In this document: piece after piece, positions 20,982 through 28,741 of the stretch
Position numbering within the stretch: position 1 is the stretch's first letter
Layout: each line of letters starts with the position of its first letter
Assembly (NCBI GenBank): GCA_016873895.1
Contig: VGVV01000001.1
Coordinates: 80,776 to 144,775, forward strand
DNA: 64,000 bases
Reading direction: 5' to 3'
From: Ignavibacteria bacterium
Lineage (GTDB): Bacteria > Bacteroidota > Ignavibacteria > Kapaibacteriales > Kapaibacteriaceae
Made by a program: the position numbers and the translations under genes
The notes under the pieces: model-generated
What the model was told of the DNA's origin: nothing
Seen by the model: the letters and a program-made list of their open reading frames with translations, nothing else
The model's database searches: none

Positions 20982-22481
20982 ATGAAACATCTACTCGTAT
21001 TATTAGCCTTTACATGTGCACTGGCAACTGCGTACTCAGGCGAAGAATCAGCGCCTGCAAAGCCGAAGGTTCCTATTATCCATGAACCAACTACCACCTC
21101 TCATTCGATTACGATTGATGGCAAGAAAATCGAGTACCACACTACCGTTGGTCACCTGAAACTTGTCGAAGAAGATGGATCGCTGCGCGCGAACGTATTC
21201 TTTATCGCGTACACAAAGTCAGGTGTTTCAGATCCGTCTGCACGCCCCCTAACATTCTCGTTTAATGGCGGTCCTGGATCCTCCAGCGTATGGCTGCACC
21301 TCGGCGTTCTTGGTCCACGTAGAGTGCTTATGAACGATGATGGAACCACTCTGCCGCCTCCATACAAGCTGGTAGATAATGATCAATCCTGGCTGGATCT
21401 GACAGACATGGTATTCATTGATCCCGTAAGTACCGGCTACTCGCGTGCTGCTGATGAAAAATCTGCCAAGCAATTCCATGGATACAATCAAGACATTGAA
21501 TCTGTGGGTGAGTTTATTCGGAGATGGGTGTCCGATAACAAGCGTTGGTCTTCGCCGAAGTATCTGATTGGCGAATCCTATGGTACTACACGCGCCAGCG
21601 CACTTTCGGAGCATCTTCAGGCGAAATACGGAATGTATTTGAATGGTGTAATTCTTGTTAGCGCCGTCTTGAATTTCCAGACGATTGACTTCAACGACGG
21701 CAACGATCTCCCGTTTGCAATGTTTCTGCCGACATACACCGCATCAGCATGGTATCACAAGCGTCTATCACCAGATCTCCAATCCATGCCCATCGAAACA
21801 GTAGTGGAGTCTGCCAGAGCGTTTGCCAGTACCACATACACGCAGATGCTTATGAAGGGCTGGAACATGACGCCCGAAGAGCGCACATCTACAATCGAAA
21901 AGCTGGCGCGTTTTACGGGACTCTCACGCGAGTACCTCGATAAGGCAGAGCTAAGGCCAATCATCTTTCGTTTCTGTCAGGAACTACTTCGTGATAGGGG
22001 GCAAGTTATCGGCCGGTTCGACAGCCGCTACACCGGAACTATCTCTGATCGCTTGGGAGAATCGATGGAGCGCGATCCATCGCATCATCCAACGATAGCA
22101 GGATGTTTCTCAACCTGTATCAATGATTACCTCACGCGAGAGCTTGGGGTTGCAACCACTCTGCCATACGAGGTTTTAACCGGACGAGTATGGCCCTGGG
22201 ATTACAGTAATGTTCAGAATGAATATCTCAATGTTGCACCTCGTCTGCGAAATGCGATACAGATGAACCCGTCTATGCGTGTATGGGTGCTAAACGGTTA
22301 TTATGATTTGGCTACACCGTTCTACGGAACCGAGTACACGTTCACACACTTAGGCCTGCCGGAGCCGTTGCGCAAGAATGTGAATATGTCCTACTACAAG
22401 GCCGGACACATGATGTACCTACTCAAATCAGAGTTGGTGCAAATGAAACAGGATGCTAAAACTTGGTTTGGTATGCGCTAA
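20982..22481 (+). CDS. serine carboxypeptidase, peptidase S10 family, secreted
   Basis: Start re-called to MKHLLVLLAFTCALATAYS (signal peptide). NGGPGSSSVW and catalytic GESYGTTRA blocks present. The track start at 20850 lies inside the upstream gene. Confidence 0.75.
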   Translation: MKHLLVLLAFTCALATAYSGEESAPAKPKVPIIHEPTTTSHSITIDGKKIEYHTTVGHLKLVEEDGSLRANVFFIAYTKSGVSDPSARPLTFSFNGGPGSSSVWLHLGVLGPRRVLMNDDGTTLPPPYKLVDNDQSWLDLTDMVFIDPVSTGYSRAADEKSAKQFHGYNQDIESVGEFIRRWVSDNKRWSSPKYLIGESYGTTRASALSEHLQAKYGMYLNGVILVSAVLNFQTIDFNDGNDLPFAMFLPTYTASAWYHKRLSPDLQSMPIETVVESARAFASTTYTQMLMKGWNMTPEERTSTIEKLARFTGLSREYLDKAELRPIIFRFCQELLRDRGQVIGRFDSRYTGTISDRLGESMERDPSHHPTIAGCFSTCINDYLTRELGVATTLPYEVLTGRVWPWDYSNVQNEYLNVAPRLRNAIQMNPSMRVWVLNGYYDLATPFYGTEYTFTHLGLPEPLRKNVNMSYYKAGHMMYLLKSELVQMKQDAKTWFGMR

Positions 22482-23092
22482 GAATATCGTAGCGCATCGA
22501 AGAGGCTAGGCATCACAGCCTGTAAATCGTGCACAGTATCGATATCACGTAATGTTTCAAGCTTCGATATCCGAAGGTTGTGTGCACGGGCATGCTCTGC
22601 CGTCTGCGCGCATACAGCATCCGTACTCCAATTGATATTGTTGAATAGTTCTCGGCGGATCTCTTTCATGCCTAGAAGGTAGTAGCCTCCGTCAGCAGCT
22701 GGACCAATAACTACATCTGCCGTATTGAGATCGTTCATCGCCCGGAGAATTACGCTAGACGTCACTGTAGGTGTATCAGATCCTATCACGATCATCTTCG
22801 GATACCCCGAACAGTCTTCCATAGAATTGATGATTCTTTCTCCGAGATCTTCACCACGCTGAGGGATCGGCTCGAGATTACCGGCCTGCACAAGCGTGAT
22901 ATCTCCGTCAACACACGCGCAGACGTCGTAGTCTACACCAGCATGAAGATTTGCAAAGAGCATGGCCATCATCACAGAGTATACATGACATGCCCTCTCC
23001 TCTCCAATATCCTTGGCAAGACGAGTTTTTACCCGCCCCTTTTCGGGAGCTTTGCAGACAACGATCACCACAGTATCATGAGGCGAACTCAT
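22478..23092 (-). CDS. DUF2064-type nucleotidyl/glycosyl-transferase-like protein (rSAM/selenodomain- or arsenosugar-associated transferase 1 family)
   Basis: VVIVVCKAPEKGRVKTRLAKDIGEERA...QRGEDLGERI...IGSDTP...GPAADGGYYLLG...INWSTD...L.DIDT. The start overlaps the upstream stop (ATGA 23089..23092). Confidence 0.7.
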   Translation of the reverse strand: MSSPHDTVVIVVCKAPEKGRVKTRLAKDIGEERACHVYSVMMAMLFANLHAGVDYDVCACVDGDITLVQAGNLEPIPQRGEDLGERIINSMEDCSGYPKMIVIGSDTPTVTSSVILRAMNDLNTADVVIGPAADGGYYLLGMKEIRRELFNNINWSTDAVCAQTAEHARAHNLRISKLETLRDIDTVHDLQAVMPSLFDALRYS

Positions 23093-23553
23093 GATCGCTT
23101 GCTCCAGTATCGTGGGGGAATAAAGAACAGTCCATACGCTTCCCCCAACTCATTGCCAACATGCTTGTGATGCGCCATATGCATGCGGTAGACAGCTTGG
23201 AGATACCTGTTCGTGGGAAGGGGCTGACGAAGAAACCTCTTATGAATCACCATGTCGTGCATCACGAAGTACGACATCCCATAGAGCGCGATACCGAGGC
23301 CGATACATACTGTAGGCCCGTTTGGCAGGCCCATTGCGATGAGCACAAGTGCAATGCTGGTAAAGAAGAGCACGAACACATCATTTAACTCAAGGGGGTG
23401 CTTCGAAGGCGCATGGTGTGTTACATGAATGCGCCACAAGGGACCATGCATTACATAGCGATGGAACACCGTTGTAAAGACTTCCATCCCAACAATTCCA
23501 CTAAGCACCAGCATTACCTCGATCACTGCCGCACCTCGTGGTAACGGAAACAC
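23089..23553 (-). CDS. CrtZ-type beta-carotene hydroxylase-like membrane di-iron hydroxylase
   Basis: GMEVFTTVFHRYVMHGPLWRIHVTHHAP, NDVF, YFVMHDMVIHKRF and YRMHMAHHKH reproduce the CrtZ histidine boxes in order. 154 aa. The start is uncertain: GTG 23526 would overlap the tag stop as GTGA, and ATG 23514 is also possible. Confidence 0.7.
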   Translation of the reverse strand: MFPLPRGAAVIEVMLVLSGIVGMEVFTTVFHRYVMHGPLWRIHVTHHAPSKHPLELNDVFVLFFTSIALVLIAMGLPNGPTVCIGLGIALYGMSYFVMHDMVIHKRFLRQPLPTNRYLQAVYRMHMAHHKHVGNELGEAYGLFFIPPRYWSKRS

Positions 23554-24089
23554 GTAACAAGATGATCATTCACCATGCCCGTTGCTTGCATGTGTGCATA
23601 TACCACCGTGCTGCCAACAAAGGCAAAACCTCGCTTCTTAAGATCTTTGCTGATACGATCCGAAAGGTCTGTTCTAGCTGGCAGCTCACTCAGATTCCGA
23701 AACGCATTGATAACTGGACGTCCATCAACGAAACCCCAGATGTACTCATCAAACGACCCAAACTCATTCTTCACGGTAAGAAATGCCTGAGCATTTGTGA
23801 TCGATGCCTTGATCTTAGCCTGATTACGAATAATCCCGGGATTAGATAACAATCTGGTAACATCACTTTCACCGAAACACGCAACGTGTTCTGGACGAAA
23901 GTCTCTATAAGCCTCACGAAAATTCTCCCGCTTCTTGAGTACTGTATGCCAGCTTAATCCTGCCTGCATTGTTTCAAGAATCAGGAACTCAAAGAGAAGT
24001 TGATCATCGTGCAGAGGCAAGCCCCATTCCTCATCATGGTAACGCGTATAGAGCTCGTCCTTCAAACACCACGCACAACGTTGTATCAT
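23523..24089 (-). CDS. tag: DNA-3-methyladenine glycosylase I (Tag) family protein
   Basis: CAWC....Y..YHDEEWGLPLHDDQLLFEFLILETMQAGLSWHTVLKKRENFREAY is the Tag signature. Start re-called to MIQRCAWC (ATG 24089), which overlaps the arsS stop as ATGA. Confidence 0.85.
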   Translation of the reverse strand: MIQRCAWCLKDELYTRYHDEEWGLPLHDDQLLFEFLILETMQAGLSWHTVLKKRENFREAYRDFRPEHVACFGESDVTRLLSNPGIIRNQAKIKASITNAQAFLTVKNEFGSFDEYIWGFVDGRPVINAFRNLSELPARTDLSDRISKDLKKRGFAFVGSTVVYAHMQATGMVNDHLVTCFRYHEVRQ

Positions 24090-25141
24090 GCCAGCTGTCC
24101 TCCGCACGAAGACCCAGAGCCGGCCGTGCAGCCAAAGCAATGTCGGTCGGTGGCAATCAGACGGCTTGCGAGCTCGCTCATACTGAATCTCGAAACATGG
24201 TCCGAAGCTGAAGCAACAGGCATGTCCAACATTTGGTTAAAATCGCAGTCGTAAAGGCGTCCGTCATAGCCCACTGAGATAGTCGTTCTACACATTACGC
24301 CACGAGCAGCATCTGCATTGAATGCGTCAACCAGTGTATGCATATATCGCTCATAGTTGCCCGAGTTCACAAGAAATTCTAGAAACCTTGATATCGGCAT
24401 GTTTGTGATGCAGTGTAGACTGTTAAACACAACACCATGTTTGTCGAGTAGATTTCGTTTGAATTCCTTCTCGAGAGATGCTTGAGGTCCTGGAAGAAGC
24501 GCGCCCAAAGGATTATACACGAGATCAATTATGCGTCCTGTATTCTCATGCCCATATCCAACGTTATTGAGCATGCGGAGAGCCTTGATCGAATCGTGGA
24601 ACACACCGCCCCCTCGCTGACGATCCGTATACGTAGCATCGTAGAACGGCAGACTCGAAACAACATGTACTCCATGTTTAGCATAGAAGTCAGGCAGGTC
24701 ATGGTACTTAGGATTTGCGACAATGATCGTAAGGTTGCAACGAACCATGATCGTGAGTCCACGCGAATGCAGTTGTTCAACAAACCATCTGAATTCGGGA
24801 TTCATCTCGGGCGCGCCACCGGTAAGATCTACGGTTGTGATAGAACTTGCATCAAGTGCATCGAGACATTTCTGCATCGTCTCTCTCGACATGATCTCTG
24901 TGCGGTCAGGTCCGGCATCTACATGACAATGCTTACAAGCCTGATTGCACATCTTCCCAAGATTTATCTGCAGCACTATGGGTGTCAGGGGGCGCAGTTC
25001 TCCCACACCGGATTGCTTGAGTTGTCCATCGAAGCTCGGTAGTGTTGCAACGGCTGGATGGACCTGCAACATGGCACGCTGATGCTGCGTATCGGAAAGC
25101 TCGGAGCCTCTCCGCAAAAGACTTGTTGTAGCTAAGGCCAT
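24086..25141 (-). CDS. arsS: radical SAM / Cys-rich domain protein of the ArsS (arsenosugar biosynthesis) family
   Basis: LQINLGKMCNQACKHCHVDAGPDR (CxxxCxxC radical-SAM cluster), TGGAPEMNPEF, and C-terminal DRHCFGCTAGSGSSCGGQL Cys-rich tail characteristic of this family. This is the Cys version, with no in-frame TGA. Confidence 0.8.
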   Translation of the reverse strand: MALATTSLLRRGSELSDTQHQRAMLQVHPAVATLPSFDGQLKQSGVGELRPLTPIVLQINLGKMCNQACKHCHVDAGPDRTEIMSRETMQKCLDALDASSITTVDLTGGAPEMNPEFRWFVEQLHSRGLTIMVRCNLTIIVANPKYHDLPDFYAKHGVHVVSSLPFYDATYTDRQRGGGVFHDSIKALRMLNNVGYGHENTGRIIDLVYNPLGALLPGPQASLEKEFKRNLLDKHGVVFNSLHCITNMPISRFLEFLVNSGNYERYMHTLVDAFNADAARGVMCRTTISVGYDGRLYDCDFNQMLDMPVASASDHVSRFSMSELASRLIATDRHCFGCTAGSGSSCGGQLA

Positions 25142-25144
25142 AGC

Positions 25145-25174
25145 AATGTCAATGTCAATGTCAATGTCAATGTC
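25145..25174 (-). repeat. hexanucleotide tandem repeat, (TTGACA)x5 on the coding strand
   Basis: Plus strand aatgtc x5 is perfect. The whole 35-nt spacer between the AhpD-like stop (25177) and the arsS ATG (25141) reads TTGACATTGACATTGACATTGACATTGACATTGCT on the minus strand. Confidence 0.95.
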
Positions 25175-25176
25175 AA

Positions 25177-25509
25177 TTACATTGATACTTCGTTAACCTT
25201 GTTCATCATCTGCACACCGTGTACAAGAGATGCACCGCCACGAATGGCTGCAGCCACATGCACCGCTTCCATCATCATTTGTTCTGTAGCTCCCTTTTGC
25301 AGACTATCCGTGGTGTAGGCGTCGATACAATACGGACACTGCACAGCATGGGCTACTGCAAGCGCTATCAGGGATTTCTCACGCTGGGTAAGGGCGCCCT
25401 CGGCAAAGACTGCTCCGTACCATTCAAAGAACTTTCCAGCCAATTCGGGCTGAAAAGCAGAGATGTTGCCAAACTTTGATAAATCAGCTGGGTCGTAGTA
25501 CGTAGACAT
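25177..25509 (-). CDS. AhpD/carboxymuconolactone-decarboxylase-like protein (arsenosugar-biosynthesis-associated peroxidase-like family)
   Basis: MSTYYDPADLSKFGNI...FFEWYGAVFAEGALTQREKSLIALAVAHAVQCPYCIDAYT. 110 aa with a CxxC AhpD-type motif. Adjacent to arsS. Confidence 0.7.
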   Translation of the reverse strand: MSTYYDPADLSKFGNISAFQPELAGKFFEWYGAVFAEGALTQREKSLIALAVAHAVQCPYCIDAYTTDSLQKGATEQMMMEAVHVAAAIRGGASLVHGVQMMNKVNEVSM

Positions 25510-25519
25510 AGGTTAGATC

Positions 25520-26029
25520 CTAGATGAGAGAAAGTGTCAGTAGAAAAGCAACAAGAGCACCTGCTAGCGCAAACAACTCCGGAGACAACCCAAAGAATCC
25601 GCCGTACATCATAAGGGCTGCAGCAATCCCTGCTATGATCTCACGGATCCCTTTGCCACGACCCGATAGTACGCGCATGTAATTCGATGTCATGAGTCCA
25701 GCAAATCCAACAATAGAAACTGAATAAAACATACTCAGCCCCATATATACGATGAGCTGAACAATAAGAAGATCTGCAGCGATAGTTCCGCCGAAGAGTC
25801 GGGCAACTGAAATAAGCACCAGAAAAAATAGGCCCGCAAGGAATACACCTTGGAGCATCTTTGCCCCCTGTGTACCGAAGAACTTCGCTGTGAGGTAGCA
25901 TGCATAGAATGCGCCGCCTCCGGTGGTCATGATGATACGCCCAAGTTGGATCATTGGGTCGATCTTCATTACAATGGCTGCTATAGAAATCACCGCCCCT
26001 ACAACGACGACCACGACGAATCTCCACAT
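25520..26029 (-). CDS. hypothetical polytopic membrane protein
   Basis: About 5-6 hydrophobic helices, no recognised motif. Start uncertain: ATG 26029 avoids overlap with the CDF gene, while the track start at 26062 overlaps it by 25 nt. Confidence 0.45.
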   Translation of the reverse strand: MWRFVVVVVVGAVISIAAIVMKIDPMIQLGRIIMTTGGGAFYACYLTAKFFGTQGAKMLQGVFLAGLFFLVLISVARLFGGTIAADLLIVQLIVYMGLSMFYSVSIVGFAGLMTSNYMRVLSGRGKGIREIIAGIAAALMMYGGFFGLSPELFALAGALVAFLLTLSLI

Positions 26030-26037
26030 CCATGGGT

Positions 26038-26997
26038 CTAGTCTGTTTGGCATGATCCACATTCTCCTTTGGCATGTAGGTGTTCACTCTCAACCTGCAC
26101 AGTAACATGTGTAAGATTGAACTTGTTCCTCAGTGATTGATGCACATCATGCATTACATCATCTGAAGTACGCGAGCTGACCACGTGCACAGATGCAGCG
26201 TTTTTTCTCACACTCAGTTGCCAGACATGCACATCGTGCACGTCTACAACCCCCACAATGGACATAAGCTCGTTGCGAACATCTACGGGTGAAATTCCTT
26301 GTGGTGCCGACTCCATAAGAATCACCCCAGATTCATGAATCACCCGCACTGCCCCTCGCATAATGAATACTGCTATGACGATGGAAATAACTGGATCGAT
26401 CAGCTCCCACCCTGTTAACTCGATAACAACTGCGGCAACTATAACGCCTAAGCTTGAAAGCAGGTCTGTGATAACATGCAGGTATGCACTTCGCGTTGTA
26501 AGATGCTCTGAGTTGTGCAGATACAATGTGCTTATGCCGTTTGCGATGAAGCCAACGATGGCTACATAGAGCATAACGTCAGAGTCAACGTGAGAATGCC
26601 CATCTCCAACAAGTCGGCGTACAGCCTCGAGAATAATGTAGACACAGATGCCGAGGAGCAGGAATCCATTTGTTAATGCGGCGAGTATCTCGATGCGCCG
26701 CAACCCAAATGTGTAGCGTATGTCGTGGCGGTCACGGGCACGCGCTGCAAGACGAAGTCCAGTAAACGCTATGAGCAGCGAGGCGAGGTCAACGAGTACA
26801 TGCCCTGCGTCTGAAAGAAGTGCTAGGCTTCCTGACAATACTCCACCAGCGATTTGGGCAATGAACACTGTTGCCGTCAGAACGACAGCTATCCGAAGGG
26901 GCCTAATATCCGTATGCTCGTGTATATGGGTATGCCCGTGATGATGAGCATGATGGTGAGCATGATGATGGTGCCCATGCTCGTGATTATGTGCCAT
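26038..26997 (-). CDS. cation diffusion facilitator (CzcD/ZitB-like) transporter with His-rich N-terminus
   Basis: MAHNHEHGHHHHAHHHAHHHGHTHIHEH tail, six TM helices, LLSDAGHVLVDL and HVITDLL metal-site blocks, C-terminal cytoplasmic domain. Confidence 0.85.
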   Translation of the reverse strand: MAHNHEHGHHHHAHHHAHHHGHTHIHEHTDIRPLRIAVVLTATVFIAQIAGGVLSGSLALLSDAGHVLVDLASLLIAFTGLRLAARARDRHDIRYTFGLRRIEILAALTNGFLLLGICVYIILEAVRRLVGDGHSHVDSDVMLYVAIVGFIANGISTLYLHNSEHLTTRSAYLHVITDLLSSLGVIVAAVVIELTGWELIDPVISIVIAVFIMRGAVRVIHESGVILMESAPQGISPVDVRNELMSIVGVVDVHDVHVWQLSVRKNAASVHVVSSRTSDDVMHDVHQSLRNKFNLTHVTVQVESEHLHAKGECGSCQTD

Positions 26998-26999
26998 GT

Positions 27000-27848
27000 C
27001 TATGCTCGATAGAAGTTGATGACAAGGTAGATAACAACGATAGGGGCCACGAAAAGCATCGAGTCGAATCTGTCCAGAATCCCCCCGTGCCCAGGAATGA
27101 TACGCGACGAATCTTTTACAACTGCATCTCGCTTAAGCCAAGATTCTGCAAGATCGCCGATTGGTCCAAACACGGCGATGATGAGTCCGATAGCAAGGGC
27201 ATGTATGAGTTCAACGTCAGGCATAAGCCAGGCAAACATTCCAATCACGATAGCGATTGCTGCGAGTCCACCACCGATAGCCCCCTCCCATGTTTTTTCG
27301 GGGCTTACACGAGGGAACAACTTATGCTTACCAAAGGCAAGTCCAGCGAAGTACGCAGCGCTGTCGCACATCCATACTCCAGCAAAAAGCGTCATTGTGA
27401 GCGATGCCCCGTCGAACCCGCTAACATTCACATTCGAGCGAATCATCATCAGCATAGACAGGCAAACGGTTACATAGGCAACACCAAATACTGTCAGCGA
27501 TGTATTCAACAATGCATTTTCCTGTGCCCGAAACATTTCTGAAGCCAGTGTCAGCAGCACAAAGCCGATAGCGGCTACAGTGAGATAGACCAGGATGGAT
27601 GCTGCTGTTGCAGGGGTCGAAACTGTATACATCAGGAACAGTATCTGCAGCACAATGCTGCCGGCAATGCCGAGGAACTTGTTAGGTACGGCATGCTTTG
27701 ATTCGGCCAGTTTGTAGAACTCAAGCAGCGCGAGTGTAGTCAGTGGTATGACCAGCGCTGAAAAGGCGAGTTGATGCGAAAAAATAAAGGCCACTGTCGC
27801 TGGGATGCCGACGAGACCCACGAGAATGCGTTTTACCATGTTCGTCAT
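27000..27848 (-). CDS. cdsA: phosphatidate cytidylyltransferase
   Basis: C-terminal signature SWLKRDAVVKDSSRIIPGHGGILDRFDSMLF. Multi-TM, 282 aa. Confidence 0.9.
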   Translation of the reverse strand: MTNMVKRILVGLVGIPATVAFIFSHQLAFSALVIPLTTLALLEFYKLAESKHAVPNKFLGIAGSIVLQILFLMYTVSTPATAASILVYLTVAAIGFVLLTLASEMFRAQENALLNTSLTVFGVAYVTVCLSMLMMIRSNVNVSGFDGASLTMTLFAGVWMCDSAAYFAGLAFGKHKLFPRVSPEKTWEGAIGGGLAAIAIVIGMFAWLMPDVELIHALAIGLIIAVFGPIGDLAESWLKRDAVVKDSSRIIPGHGGILDRFDSMLFVAPIVVIYLVINFYRA

Positions 27849-27877
27849 GACGCGAAGCTACGTACTTTCGTAGTGCT

Positions 27878-28738
27878 ATGAATGTCTATAATCTTGCCGA
27901 CCACAGCACGTATAATGTTCTGCTGACCGGGGACTCTGATTTTGTGGCAGAGTTTGCTGCGGTTCTTCAGGCTGCGAACATGCAATTCAACATCATTGCT
28001 CCAATGGATGAGCTAGACGAGATCGATGTTGATTTTGATGTAATGAGTGCCGCTGTTGCAACTGCAGAAGCAGAGCCATACGAGGCATATGCCGACCGTT
28101 TAGTTGCAGATATACATTCCTTAACGGCCAGTTACACGCACATCATAGACCTCTCCATTTCGTCCAACATGAATCGCAGACTTGGACTCGAGTTGGCCGC
28201 AGCTATGAATCCCCGTGCAACAGTTCTTGTGTCTGTGCTTACAAATACAGCGACAGACATTGGAAGTGTTTCGAACACCGCAGATCGCATAACCGGACTC
28301 GGATTAGCACCCGGTTTGATGAGTAGCACGAAGACAATTGATATCTGTAAGGGGCTTAACACATCCGATGGGCACCTTACAAGTGCTCGCGAGCTCATGC
28401 GGGCAGTAGGCTATGCTACAGAGGTAACAGAAGACCGTGTTGCGTTGGTACAGATGAGAGTTCTAGCCATGCTCATCAACGAAGCAGCATTTGCCGTGAT
28501 GGAAGGTTTAGCAAAACCTGAAGACATCGACAAGGCAATGATGCTGGGTGTAAACTATCCCAAAGGACTTCTAGCTTGGGCAGACGAAATAGGCATTGGC
28601 GTTGTAACGCTAGTTCTGGATGGACTTTATCGCGAATATCAGCAGGAGCGCTACCGTCCGTGCGTGCAGCTCAAACAAATGATGCGTGCTGGATGGACTG
28701 GTAAGGCAGCTGGCCGCGGCTTCTACATCTATCAGTAA
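27878..28738 (+). CDS. 3-hydroxyacyl-CoA dehydrogenase-like protein with degenerate NAD-binding and catalytic motifs
   Basis: The C-terminal domain is clearly 3HCDH-like (INEAAFAVMEGLAKPEDIDKAMMLGVNYPKGLLAWADEIG...YRPCVQLKQMMRAGWTGKAAGRGFYIY). The N-terminal GxGxxG position reads LLTGDSDF, and the expected GxHFFNP His block reads GLGLAPG. Confidence 0.6.
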   Translation: MNVYNLADHSTYNVLLTGDSDFVAEFAAVLQAANMQFNIIAPMDELDEIDVDFDVMSAAVATAEAEPYEAYADRLVADIHSLTASYTHIIDLSISSNMNRRLGLELAAAMNPRATVLVSVLTNTATDIGSVSNTADRITGLGLAPGLMSSTKTIDICKGLNTSDGHLTSARELMRAVGYATEVTEDRVALVQMRVLAMLINEAAFAVMEGLAKPEDIDKAMMLGVNYPKGLLAWADEIGIGVVTLVLDGLYREYQQERYRPCVQLKQMMRAGWTGKAAGRGFYIYQ

Positions 28739-28741
28739 ACT

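Noticed and set aside
25145-25174. (TTGACA)x5 read as five genuine sigma-70 -35 boxes.
   Set aside because: No matching -10 element lies at the correct spacing before the arsS ATG, and the lineage appears to use TAnnTTTG promoters. I kept it as a repeat of unknown function rather than calling it a promoter.
25641-26108. 155-aa alternative-frame ORF overlapping the membrane-protein gene at 25520..26029.
   Set aside because: It has Arg/Cys/His-rich composition with no helices. The competing frame encodes clean hydrophobic TM segments and fits the operon spacing.
26914-26997. CAT/CAC-rich tract, considered as a DNA repeat element.
   Set aside because: It simply encodes the His-rich metal-binding N-terminus common in CDF transporters.
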